DNA of 64,000 nucleotides from the human T2T-CHM13v2.0 reference genome, Homo sapiens, in NCBI RefSeq assembly GCF_009914755.1, contig NC_060926.1; one strand, written 5' to 3'. Shown here piece after piece: positions 43,819-58,885 of the stretch (position 1 is its first letter; each line of letters starts with the position of its first letter). The notes beneath the pieces are model-generated. The model was not told the origin of the DNA. It worked only from the letters and a program-made list of their open reading frames with translations, and did not search any database. The position numbers were made by a program, and so were the translations under genes.

Positions 43819-46326
43819 CTTCTATATCAAGTCCATAGCAACTTAAAAGATTTATTCCAAGAGGAAAATTAACTGTGAATTATCAGAAGAGACCAAATGT
43901 GGAAATGGAATTGGTTGACGGAAAATATTAGATTTCCTCAAGGATGTTACTGAAATTGGCTCCAGGAATGGTTCCACAAAGGGCCATTGGCAGGGAGAGT
44001 GTACCAAGGAGTTTATGTCTTACTTCACAGATAAATTTCACAGCATCATCATCATCTTTATTTATTTATTTAACCACAAGTTTGTGACAGTGTATAATAC
44101 AGTGACTACCAGTATTGTTCCAGGATACTGACATGATTTGTGCCAGTTTTGCCCATTATAATACTTGCCTTGAACAGTCTGGACTGCCCTGCCTAGTGGG
44201 AGGAGGAGGATCAGAAAGGAGGATGATGCACAGCCTGACCCAGTGTTTTTAAACAGCTAAACATGCCCCAGTAGAAGACACATTCTGAAGAATTTCCTCT
44301 TCTCAGCTCTCTGAACATACCTCATTTATCTGGGACTTGTACATGGACATCATCCTTTGGACTCTCCTGGTCACTGATCTCACAGCTTGTTCTACTCTTA
44401 AGCCTTTGCCTTGTCTTTCTCTTGGCTGTCACATTAATAGCTATCATCTTAACTATTGCCACAATTGCATCACTTTTACTATTGTCTTTCCATTTTGAGC
44501 TTTCACGCAGGCCCCCCTGTCTATATTCAACCTGTAGGCAGTCCTCTCATCTGCTGGCCTGGCTTCAAGGACCATTAGTGCTTAAATATTCAGCAAAGTG
44601 ACATCACCTGGAAATGTTGGTTAATACTGATTTTGAAACCTGGGAATTTTCTCAGAAGGAACCAGATACAACTTATTTATACATATGTGCCACTCATACA
44701 TTCACTTATTGAATCATTCAGGCACTGTGTTAGGTACTGAAGAAATATGTGTGGAGTAGAAAGGGAGGCAACAGATACATGTAACCTAAATAAAACCTAG
44801 GACCCACATGGCTTAGTCTCTTTGTGGGAAACCCAGTTTAGTTTCCAAATGCTAATTTAAAATATACTTCAATATTTATTTAGCTTCTCAAAGAATATGA
44901 AAGGAGTCTCAATTCAATTTGTCATATTTAGAGACTTTGATTACCGAGAGGTTCTCATGTGCTAATCTTCCCAAACTCTTTCCCACCCTGGTGGCAAGAC
45001 CCTTTCTCTGAGTTCTCCATTTGTTCATAGATTTGGCTGCTTTCACCAGACCCTTGCATTTTTCTTCTTCATTTTCATTCCTGTTTTTATACCACTTTTT
45101 ATTCTTCCACTCCAGAAAAAAAAAATCCAGAATTTGACAAACAAACTGTCGTTTGGTATGTGGCAGGAAGGAGGTAGGGGATGAGGAGCATTGGCACAGA
45201 ACATTTTATCTCTATCACACAGATGTAATCACATAATTACAACAGAAAGTGATATACCAGCTACATTGCTAGTGGCATCTACATTGCTAGTGATATACCA
45301 TCTACATGGCTAATGGTAGATTTAATCAAATGACAGAATCATGGGCAATTTTAGTTCTGAATTTATGTTGGTTGTTTTTGCAATAAATATTTATTTTAAG
45401 ACATTGGAATGCATAAATAAGGATTGGGAGGTAAATCAATCATTCTATTTAATGCTACGTTAATAGTGTTCAGAACCAGCTCTAAGCTCCGCAGCTAAGG
45501 AGTAATGAAGAAAATCTGGAGGTGCTCCAATAAGAACCATCAAAATATTAAGAATTTAAGAATATATCCTTTTAGGAACAATAAAAGGAACTGAACTTAG
45601 CTTAAAGGTTTCTTCAACTGTAAAACATGGAGATTTGACTCAGTAATTTTAAGATCCCTCTAATAGGGACTTCAAAATTTTAAAGTGGAGATAGGGGGAC
45701 TTTAAAATCAGTCTTGTGTTAACTCTACATTTACTACATTTTTTCAGATAACTTTCCATGATCCTAAATTTGTCATGCTGCGGTTAAAGCCCGTTTACTC
45801 TCTTGCTCAGAGGAGAATGGGCACATCTCCTTAACCTCTTCTGTCTGGAAGAAATTCTTCTTATGATGGAAGGACTAAGATGCAGTCAGCCTTCAACCAT
45901 GGTTATTCCTCAGCATCTTCATATGCTGAGTTCACTGTTTCAGATGCTGTGGGTAGTTGGCAGTTTCTCTGTTGACTAACGGATCTAGTCTCAGAACAAA
46001 AAAAATGTTAGAGCTGGAAGGATATGAGAAATTACTGAGTCAAATCTCCGTGTTTTACAGTTGAAGGAAGCTTTAAGCTGTTTGAGTTCAGTTCCTTTTA
46101 CTCTTCCTAAAACTGTGTATTCTTAAATTCTTAATATTTTGATGGCTCTTATTGGAGCATCTCCAAGTTTTCTTCATTACTCTTTAGCTATGGAGCTTAG
46201 AACTGGTTCTACTGAACAGTATTAACATAGCATTAAGTAGAATGATTGACTTACCCACCCCCCCAATCCTTATTTATGCATTCCAGTCTCTTAAAAAAAT
46301 CTTTATTGCAAAAACAACCAGCATAA

Positions 46327-46666
<340 letters not shown>

Positions 46667-47009
46667 AATATTTTAATTTTTTCTATGTTATCTTATAGCC
46701 CTTGTCCATAGGCATATTCAATGTTTGCATATTTTTTTTGCATATAAACCAATTTTAATTCTACATTTTATATTTTCACTTAACATTATGTCATGCACAT
46801 CTTCCCTTTAACTACAACTTTACCATTCCTTATACTTTCTTCCTATAACATTATAGAGTAGGTCCTGACATAACTTTGCTTGTGATCATACAAAATGACA
46901 CCTATAAACAATATGTGAATTTTTCATTGATATCATTTGAGATTACAACCATAAACATTTAACTGCAACTTGCTTTTTCAAACCATACTTGATATTTCTT
47001 AACCACATT

Positions 47010-47185
47010 TATTATTATTTTTATTATTATTATTTGTTTGAGACGAGTCTCAGTCTCTCACCCAGGCTGGAGTGCAGTGGTGCGATCTCGGCTCACTGCA
47101 ACCTTCCCCTCCTGGGTTCAAGTGATTCTCGTGCCTTAGTCTCCTGAGTAGCTGGGAGTACCGGCATGTGCCACCATGCCCCACA
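47010..47185 (-). mobile_element. Alu right-arm fragment with (TTA)n tail
   Basis: Only the right monomer is present. Confidence 0.9.
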
Positions 47186-47364
47186 TTAATTATTTTTAAC
47201 AGCTGCATTTTTTTTCATAGTAGGGATATACTAGAATTACATTAAGATTTTCTTGAGTTTTTTCTACTACCAAAAAATGCAATAAACATTTTGGCATGCA
47301 TGTCTCTACTTTTCTAAAGGAGTAATATTTAACTCATACATACCAGAAGAGGATACTGGCTAGC

Positions 47365-47424
47365 AGTAAAACTCTTAGACCTGGGCCCCCTGCTAGTAAA
47401 ACTCTTAGACCTGGGCCCCCTGCT
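47365..47424. repeat. Perfect 30-bp tandem duplication
   Basis: agtaaaactcttagacctgggccccctgct twice. Confidence 0.95.
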
Positions 47425-47863
47425 AGAAGACAATTGCCCTGGCCCTCCTCCAGTTCAGGCTCTCCCCATGGGGCAAGGAGTCTGTGAGCCAAAGGGGATG
47501 CATCCAATTGTAGTCTGTGACCCCCTTTTTGACTAGTTTTATACCCAAGATGATGAAATAGCCTACTCAGAGGTCCTGAGCCCACTTACAGGCTTGCATG
47601 GATCTCTATCCCAGCTCTGTCCTCTTGAGGGAAGCCTGCGCCACCACTGCAAACACCTCTAGGCCTCAAGTGTAGCCAAGGAGTGTTTGAGGGTACAGAC
47701 AGAGCTTGGTCATGCAGGCTGGGGGTTTGTATGACTACATGCAAGACTCCTCTCAGTGAGGGAGGAGGATAGGAATAGGAAGACAATGAGGGTGAGTCAT
47801 GAGCCACAGGTTGAAGATGGGAGGCTACCTTCCCAGTGCTACCATGGTCAGAGAAGGGCAATA

Positions 47864-48172
<309 letters not shown>

Positions 48173-48549
48173 TAATTTTAAATTTGAATAGTTCTTGCAG
48201 GTTGTCATGAAGGGATGTTTGTCAAAATATGGTGATAGAACATATTTGATTTAACAGATTTTTAGCTTGAATTTACAGCAAAGTTTAAGTATATAATAGC
48301 TGATATGCAAGTCTATATTTGTAGCCTGCCCAGGACTTGAGAATGTTAGGGGCAGGCCTACTAGTCGGTGTCTCTTTTGATTAGGATTTTTTTCTGATTG
48401 GTAGGTATCTGCATCATACTAGTTGTTAAATATCTTAAATATCACCTTGCTTATTTCTCTTTCTCCAGCATAGATTCCCTAAAGTATGAGTGCTTGTTGA
48501 AAGGGTATGTATAATTCTAATGTTAATGGATATTGAAATCTTACCAGAT

Positions 48550-48702
48550 TTTATCATTCACATTTAGCATCCCTGAAATTGGGATGCATCTTATAATTAA
48601 AGAGCAGAAAGCATTGTGTCATAGTTTAATTGGCAGTGTTTTTCTTCCTTAGATAAAATAAAGGTGCATCCTTCAATTGCTATCTTAGATTTGATGAAAT
48701 AA
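48550..48702. mobile_element. MER104-like Tc/mariner MITE fragment
   Basis: catccctgaaattgggatgcatcttataatt...tcttagatttgatgaaata. Confidence 0.55.
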
Positions 48703-49614
48703 AGTATTACCCCCATTGGAGCAATTCCTATACCCACTACCACTGTAGGAGAGTTCCTGTTTTTCAGCCAGCACCATTTATTATCACTGTTTTCAATATT
48801 TTGGGTGAAAAATAGTATGCCATTATCTTTGATTTGGATTTCCCTGACTATCATTGATGTTGAGATTATAAAATATACTTTTTGAATATTTAGATTTCTT
48901 TTTCTGTAAAGTATTAATTTATATCCTTTTCCTATTTTTAAAATTGTGTTTTCTGTGTTTTTCCTATCACTTTATACAATCTCTTAATATATTATAGATA
49001 TTAAACTTTAAACTATCATTTTTATTAAAAATATTTCCCTTTCTATCATTTGACTTTAACTTTGCTTATGATGATATTACCATCCAAAATTTCACATTTT
49101 TATATAATCAAATATATCAATCTTTTAATTTATTACTTCTGCTTACAGTATCTCCTCACGCAAAGGATGCACATGAACCGGAGATTTAAAAAAATCTTTG
49201 AACAACATCAAAGGATATTCAGTGAAAATAAGTCTCCTTTTCATCCCTAACCCTGGTTTTCCCAGTTCTTCTCACTAGAGGAAACACTGGTAACAGTTTC
49301 CTTATTGCCTATAAGGGAATATTCTCTCTATATGTGTATCCCCCTCTCATGCTTGTTTATATTCACAAATGGCAGCAAACTATACTCACTGTCTATTCTT
49401 ATTTGTTTACTTAATAACATATCTTTATATACAGACCATATCATTCCTTTTAAAACTTCCATGATTTCCTATTGCATTCTATTGCCATAATTTATTAAAC
49501 TAGTCTCCACTGAGTTTCATGACGTTAAACATACATCTCTACACTGAGACCCACCATGGTTATTAGACTTTTATGTTATCTGTGAAGCCCTTTCTTAAGT
49601 TGACATTGAAATAA

Positions 49615-50046
<432 letters not shown>

Positions 50047-50255
50047 AAAACAACATATTCCTTAATGACCAGTGAGTCAAAGAAGAAGTTACAAAGGAAA
50101 TTGGAAAATATTTTGAGAACAATGAAAATGAAAATGCAATATACCAAAACATCTGGGATGTAACTAAAGCAATGCTAGGAGGAAAATTTATAGCTGTAAA
50201 CACCTATATTTAAAAAGAATATTTTATATTAAGATTCAATAACCTAACAACCTTA

Positions 50256-50681
<426 letters not shown>

Positions 50682-51166
50682 TTAACACAAGTTGGTTCTT
50701 TGAAAAATCAGCAAAAGTGACAAACTTCTACCACGACTAAAGAAGAAAAGGAGAAAAGACTCAAATTAGTCAAATCAGAAATGAAAGAGGGGACATTACT
50801 ACTAACCTTACAGCAACATAAAGGATTAGGGAATACTATGAAAAATTGTATAGTACAACAAATTAGATCATCTGTGTGAATAGACAAATTCTTAGAAAGA
50901 CACAAATTGCTGAAACTGACTCAAGAAGAAATAGATAATAGATCTCTAACAAGTAAAGAAATTGAGTTAGCAATAAAAACAAACAAAAAAACCCACAAAG
51001 AAAATCCCAACACCAGATGACTTCACTGGTAAATTCTATCAACTTTCAAACAGAATCAGAATGATAAAAATCTTTTTCAAAATAGAAGAGGAAGGAACAT
51101 TTCTGAACTTATTCTTTGAGGCCAGCGTTACCATCACACCAAAACAAGAAAAATACGTCAAAAGGG

Positions 51167-51535
51167 GCTGGGTGCGGTGGCTCACGCCTGTGATCCCAGC
51201 ACTTCGGGAGGCCGAGGTAGGTGGATCACGTGAGGCCAGGAGTTCAAAACCAGCCTAGCCAGCACGGTGTCACACTGTTTTTTTTTTAAAAAAAATACAA
51301 AAATTAGCCAGGTGTGGTGGCACACACCTGTAATCCCAGCTACTCAGGAGGCTAAGACATGACTGCTTGAACCTGGGAGCTGGAGGTTGCAGGGAGCCGA
51401 GATTGTGCAACTGCACTCCAGCCTGGGTGACAGAGCTAGTCTCTGTCTCAAAAAAAAAAAAGAAAAAGAAAAAAGAAAGAAAGAAAGAAAGAAAGAAAGA
51501 AGGAAAGAAGGAAAGAAAGAAAAGAGAAAGAAAGA
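51167..51535 (+). mobile_element. Alu with (GAAA)n tail
   Basis: Full-length; purine STR at 51450-51535. Confidence 0.93.
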
Positions 51536-51693
51536 CACATCAAGAAAAGAAATTGATATCCCTTATGAATATAGTTACAAAAGTCCTCAACAAAATATTA
51601 GCATATAGAATCCAACAACATATAAAAATTATTATACACCATGATCAAGTAGGATTTATCCTATGTATACCAGCTGACTGAACATATAATTGA

Positions 51694-52035
<342 letters not shown>

Positions 52036-52242
52036 TAAGATCAGGAACAGGGTAAGAATGTCACTCACACCACATCTATTCAACATTATAGTGGAGGTTC
52101 TAGCCAGGGAAATTAGTCAAAAAAAGTAATAAAAGCTATAAAAGTAATCATCCTATACAGATTGGAAAAGAAGTAAAACTATCCCTATTTGCAGATGACA
52201 TGTAGAAAATTTTTCTTACATGTAGAAAATTTTAAGGAATCC

Positions 52243-52580
52243 AGCTGGGTGCAGTGGCTCATGCCTGTAATCCCAGCACTTTGGGAGGCCAAGACAGGTG
52301 GATTGCTTGAGCCCAGGAGTTAAGATCAGCCTGCACAACATGACAAAACCCTATCGCCACAAAAAAATACAAAAATTAGCAGGGCGTGGTGGTGCACGCC
52401 TGTAGTCCCAGCTACTTGGGTGGCCGAAGCCAGAAGGATCACCTGAGCCCAGGAAGTCGAGGCTAAAGTGAGCCATGATCATGCCACTGCACTCCAGCCT
52501 GGACAGCAGAGTGAGATCTTGTCTCAAAAGAAGGAAGGAAGGAAGGAAGGCAGGAAAGAAGAGAGGGAGGGAGGGAGGGC
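52243..52580 (+). mobile_element. Alu (AluJ) with (GGAA)/(GGGA) tail
   Basis: Full-length; flanks taaggaat. Confidence 0.92.
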
Positions 52581-53716
52581 TCTAAGGAATAGTTTTTCCA
52601 CTGAAAAACTATTAGTGTTCACAAGCTCAGCAAGGTTGCAGGATAAACGATCAATTTTTAAAAAACAATTGTACTTCTATATACTGGCAATGAACAATCT
52701 GAAAATAAAATTAAGAAAACAATTCCCTTAACAACAACATCAAACAGAATAAAATATTTAGGAATGAATTTAACAAAATAAGTGCAAAACTTGTATACTG
52801 AAAACTAGAAAGCACTGTTGAAAGAAAGACTTAAAATAAATGGAGAGACATCCCATGTTCATGGACCAGAAAACCTAATACTGTTAAAATGGCAATACTT
52901 CCCAAATTGATCTACAGATTCTAAGTATAAGAGCTAAATCTATAAAATTCTTAAAAGAAAACATAGGAGTAAATCTTCATGACTTTGAAGTAGACAGTGG
53001 TTTTCTAGATATGACACCAAAAATATGACTTCTGTGCCTCAAAGGATACTGTCGAGAAAAGGAAAAAACGACCCATGGAATGGGAGAAAATATTTGCAAA
53101 TCCTGTATCTGATAAGGGACTTGTATTCAGAATATATAAATAATGCTTATAATTCACCAATAAAAACACAACGTGATTTAAAAATGGGCAAAGGATTTGA
53201 ACATACATTTGTCCAAAGAAAATATACAAATGTCCAATAAGCACACAGAAAGGTGCTTGACATCATTAGTCAGCAGGAAAGTGCAAGTGAAAACCACAAT
53301 GAGATATCACTTCACATCTACTAGGATGGCCATAATAAAAATAAATGAGGAATAAGAAGTACTGGCAAGGAGGTAGAGAAATTGGAACTCTTATACATTG
53401 CTGATGGGAATGTTTGGCAGCCTCTGCGGAACAGTTTGGCAGGTCCTCAAAATGATAAACATAGAGTTACCATTTCCACTCCTAGATATATACACAATTC
53501 CACTCCTAGGTATATACACAAGAAATCAAAACATATGTCCATAAAAAAGTCTGTACACAAATGTTTATAGCAGAGTTATTCATGATCGCTCAAAAGTAAA
53601 AAAACAAAAACAAAACCCAAATGTCCACCAACTGATGAATGAATAAACAAAATGTGGTATATCCATATAATTAAATATTATTTGACTATAAAAGGAAATG
53701 AAGCACCTCTATATGC

Positions 53717-54114
53717 TGATACAGTTTGGATGTTTGTTCCCTCCAAATCTCATGTTGCAATATTACTATAATCCCCAATGTTAGAGGGGGGCCTGGTGGG
53801 AGGTGTTTGGGTCATGGAGGCAGATCCCTCATAAATGGCTTGGTGCTGTCCTTAAAATAATGAGTGTGTTCTTGCTCTGAGTTCACAGGAGACCTGCTTG
53901 TTTAAAAGAGTGTGGCACCTCTCCCCTCTCTCTCCTGCTCCCCCTTCACCTTCCACCATGATTGGAAGCTTCCTGAGGCCCTCACCAGAAGCAGCTGCCA
54001 GCACCATGCTTCCTGTACAGCCTGCAGAATCATGAGCCAAAATAAACCACTTTTCTTTATAAATTACCCAATCTCAGGTATTCCTTTATAGCAATGCAAG
54101 AAGAGACTAACACA
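53717..54114 (+). mobile_element. MSTA/MSTB-like MaLR LTR
   Basis: tgatacagtttggatgtttgttccctccaaatctcatg...tatagcaatgcaagaagagactaacaca. Confidence 0.92.
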
Positions 54115-54772
54115 TATATTAAGACATGTATGAACCCTGAAAACATTCTGCTTAGAAGCCAGTCACAAAGAGCCACATAGTGTATTATTTCATTTACATG
54201 AAATGTCTAGAATTGGCAAATTCATAGAAACAGAAAGTAATTATTGGTTGCCAGGGGATGGGGAGAGAGAGAGAATAGAGAATGACTGTTAATGGGGACA
54301 GTTTTTCTTTCTGGGGTGATGAATATATTCTGAAATTAGATAGTAGTGATGGTTACATAACTTTTTAAAATCACTAAAAACCATCAACGTGTATCCTTTA
54401 AAAGAGCGAATTTTATGTTATGTCAATTATATCTCAATGGAGCTTTTTTTTTTCTTTTTTAATGGCTGCTGATTTTGAACCATGGGCCATAGTTTACCAA
54501 CTCTCTGTTGTAACCAATATTTACAGACCCTGAAGAAAGGCCATCCGATATTGTTTTAAAAAAAAAAAAGGCGACAAAAAAGAAAATAATAGTAACATCA
54601 AGCATTTTGTTTTCTTTCCAAAATAGATATAGCATAGTCGTAAAGATTATTAATTCTGGAGCCACTTGACTAGATTTGAATCCTAGATCTGGCACTAATT
54701 AGCCATGAGTTCTTGAGATAATAATAATATCTACCTTCTAGAGTAGATGTAAGAATGAATAGCATCTGCAGG

Positions 54773-55084
<312 letters not shown>

Positions 55085-55212
55085 CTAGGGTTGTTTTAAG
55101 GATGTAAAGCACTCAGAACAGTGCTTGGCACATTGTAAGCACTCAGTGAGCATCAGCTATTTTTACTATTCACCCCAATTAAAAAGCAGCCTGAGTAATT
55201 TAATAAGATGAC

Positions 55213-55243
<31 letters not shown>

Positions 55244-55520
55244 CAGAGTTTGGCTCTTGTTGCCCAGGCTGGAGTGCAGTGATGCAATCTCGGCTCACCA
55301 CAAACTCTGCCTCCCAATTCAAGTGATTCTCCTGCCTCAGCCTCCCGAGTAGCTGGGATTACAGGCATGTGCCACCACACCCGGCTAATTTTGTATTTTT
55401 AGTAGAGACAGGGTTTCTCCATGTTGGTCAGGCTGGTCTCGAACTCCCAACCTCAGGTGATCTGCCCACCTAGGCCTCCCAAAGTGCTGGGATTACAGGC
55501 ATGAGCCACCGTGCCCGGCC
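55213..55520 (-). mobile_element. Alu (AluSp/Sq-like)
   Basis: ctcttgttgcccagg and gtttctccatgttggtcagg; TSD aataag(a/g)tga(c/t)ttt. Confidence 0.95.
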
Positions 55521-57152
55521 AATAAGGTGATTTTTATTTGCAGTTTAAAGGTTTTTAAAGGTTTTTGTCACAACCAGCATCTTAGCAACACTGTCCCCTG
55601 CTCCACACCATCCAGGACACTCTCAGATCACCAGGCTGGCGGCAAGGAAAATGATCATTAATATACACTAGAAAATATGTTCTTATCTCTAGGAACTATT
55701 GTTAGCACTCTGAAAGGCTTTTCTTTTTCAATATCTGAATGACATTGCAGTAAATTAATTGGTTTTCTCAATCTAATTTCTAGTGTTAGCTGTAACATCA
55801 CAATGCAAGCACCCAGATGGCACCAACCGAGCCCTTTATCATCATTTTTAGCACTGATGCCAAAAGGAAATGGGCTCAGCAGCCTAATCAAAATTTACAT
55901 GCTAATGGGTAGACCCTTGTGAATGAAGTTAAGCAGAAAATCAATAAATTACCAGGTAACATTCTCCTAACAAAATTTTTTACAAGTTTTAAGTAATAAT
56001 AAAACAGTAAGGAGTAAATTTCAGGCCTGAAGAAGAATGTGAAATAAAACATGGAATGGATAAATCATTTCTGAAAAAAAGAAATTCAAAAGGGAATTAG
56101 AAACCCGTTAGCTTTCTATTTATTTAGTTTAAAATTGAGATTTTTCAGGAAAAGTTAATGTTTTAAAGCAAATTTAATTTTCACCTAAACAGCAATATAG
56201 AATTCCAATAATTTCAGTCTTTTGTCCTCTGCAGAAGGCCCGCTGGGAAGTATTCAATTTTTCATTGTTATCACTAAGACGTTGTCTGAACCACACTCTC
56301 CTTTTGTTCATTCTGCAGCTCTTTGCCATCTGTCATGTTTTCTGGAGAGCCTCATAAACACATTTAGGTTAAACCATATGGTCGTAAAACCTGTCATTCT
56401 GTCATAGCCAAGGTTTGGTTAGTTTTTTAATAGAAATGCACTTGACCATTTTTACTTTGTTAAAAGCTTCATCCTAATCCTGGAACCGAATTTCAGCCTG
56501 ACAGTAAATCAGCTCTTAGTATCCATCTACTTAAAGTAAAATACCTGAATAATAGATGTTTTGAAGTAGTTAAATGTTCTCATTTATTTTGCTTCAATTC
56601 TATGATAAATAGCTTTTCCTATTTGTCATGTTGGCCTCCTCAGATTTTTACTTCTTCACATCCAATGCTTTTTTTTCTTCAGTCATTCTCAACCACCCAC
56701 TCCCATGGTTATATCCTTTGCTTTGTCATCCTCAAAACTATACCACCTGTGAAATCTTTACTTTGGGCACTCCACATCAAGATCACCAACTCTGGGGCTA
56801 CAATTCAATAATTCTGTCTTATCCTGACCCCCATTGACTACCACTTTTTCAGTATCCATCACCTCCCTCATGTTTTCACTTTCTTCCTTACCCAGTTTAG
56901 AATCCATGATCTACATAATCACATCCATTAAAAGCACCACAGTTCCATAACCCTCTCTCCCTTTGGACTTACCTAGCAAAGCTCTATACCAGGTTAAATT
57001 CCACTGTCTTCTTACTCTATGCCTACACCCAAACATCTGATGAAAAAATCCACCAGGATGACTGGTATCATTTTAGATTTATGATTATAAATCTTGAGTG
57101 TACTAAATCCTACTCAGTAACCCTCCTCTGTTACTCTAAAATGTTCTCTCCA

Positions 57153-57470
57153 GGCTGGGCGTGGTGGCCCACACCTATAATCCCAGCAGTGTGGGAGGCC
57201 GAGGCAGGTGGATCACCTGAGGTTGGGAGTTCGAGACCAGCCTGGCTAACATGGCAAAACCCCATCTCTACTAAAAATTTTTTTAAAAATCCGCCAAGTG
57301 TGGTGGTGTGTGCCTGTAGTCCCAGCTACTTGAGAGGCTGAGGCAGGAGAATCGCTTGACCCTGGAGGTGGAGGTTGCAGTGAGCTGAGATCACACCATT
57401 GTACTCCAGCCTGGGCAACAAGAGTGAAACTCCATCTCAAAATAATAATAATAATAAAATAAATACATAA
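57153..57470 (+). mobile_element. Alu (AluS)
   Basis: Full-length with (TAA)n tail. Confidence 0.94.
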
Positions 57471-57764
57471 ATGAACTCTATCTTGCCAAATCCATTGGTC
57501 AACTTCTCTGCATTTGACTTCCCAGAAGCAATTGAGACAACAGAAATCACTGACACTCCTTCTTCTATGACCCTTTATTTCCCAGGTTTCAGGGACATCT
57601 TGGTCTCTTGGTTTTCCTCCTGCCTCTGACCATTATGTCTTGTCTTCGCTGCTAGATCCTCCTCCTCCCCTTCCTAACCTCTAAATGCTGGAGTGTGCAC
57701 AGTTCAGGGCTCTTCTATCATTTATTCCTGAGGGAATCTCTTCTCATTTGTCAATACTAAAAAA

Positions 57765-57769
<5 letters not shown>

Positions 57770-57802
<33 letters not shown>
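57770..57802. repeat. (TA)n microsatellite
   Basis: About 16 TA units. Confidence 0.95.
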
Positions 57803-57805
<3 letters not shown>

Positions 57806-58204
57806 GAGACAAATCTCTAAGCAAGAGGATTTTATTTGAGAGTAATATACAGAAAGTAGGCTTGCAATAAGGACATGCACACAGAGACCAGGGCAGTTTC
57901 CAGTGTGTCCAAAGAACAAAGGAAAGGGCTGGAGTTTTATTGGGAAAGGAGAAAGAAGATGTAAGTTGTTTTCAAAGAAAGTTAATTGGCGATAGCAGAG
58001 TGGGCGCTGGTGAGCTCTGATTGGCAGGTGGCAGCAACTGCTAGGTAAAGTTCGCCTTGAAGTCATAGCAGGCTGTTTCCTTGGAGTAAACTTGCGAGAC
58101 AGTTTTTGGAAGACGTTTGTGACCAGAGTGCTCTTTCCCAACAAAGGCTCCTTGACTCCATTTTCATTGGGTAGGACAGGAATGACTCCAAATCAACTTT
58201 CACA
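57802..58204 (-). mobile_element. Probable ERV LTR (family not assigned)
   Basis: Minus strand begins tgtgaaagttgatttggagtcattcc and has LTR-like AATAAA motifs; it interrupts the L2. Confidence 0.55.
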
Positions 58205-58470
58205 TGTCTACAATTTCATATGATCCCAGCCCTGGCTTCTTCCCCAAACTCTACTGTTTACTTGACTCAAGCCATCAGCAAATTCAGTCAACTCTACCTT
58301 CAAGACATATCCAAAATGTGTCACAGTCTCTTCATTTCCCTTGTTGCCAGACAATCCAAGCCACTATATTTACTTGTCTAGGCTATTGCAGTGGCTACCT
58401 AATTGGTCACTAGGGTTTCTCTCTCTTGTCTCTCAACAGCAGCCAGAGTGATCTTTTAAAAATGAAATCA

Positions 58471-58885
58471 CTGGATAAAGAAAATGTGGCACATATACAC
58501 CATAGAATACTATGCAGCCATAAAAAAGAATGAGTTCATGTCATTTACAGGGACATGGATGAAGCTAGAAGCCATCATTCTCAGCAAACTAACACAGGAA
58601 CAGAAAACCAAACACCACATGTTCTCACTCATAAGTGGGAGTTGAACAATGGGAACACATGGACACAGGGAGGGGTATATCACACACCAGGGCCTGTTGG
58701 TGGGTTGGGGTAAGGGGAGGGAGAGCATTAGGACAAATACCTAATGCATGCGGGGCCTAAAACCTAGATGACGGGTTGATAGGTGCAGCAAACCACCATG
58801 GCACATGTATACCTATGTAACAAATCTGTATGTTCTGCACATGTACCCCAGAACTTAAAATAAAAATAAAAAATAAAAAATAAAA
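58471..58885 (+). mobile_element. 5'-truncated L1PA 3' end
   Basis: ctggataaagaaaatgtggcacatatacacc...ctgcacatgtaccccagaacttaaaa plus A-rich tail. Confidence 0.95.

Noticed and set aside
45380-46250. Possible L3/CR1 remnants
   Set aside because: Resemblance too weak to support boundaries without a profile search.
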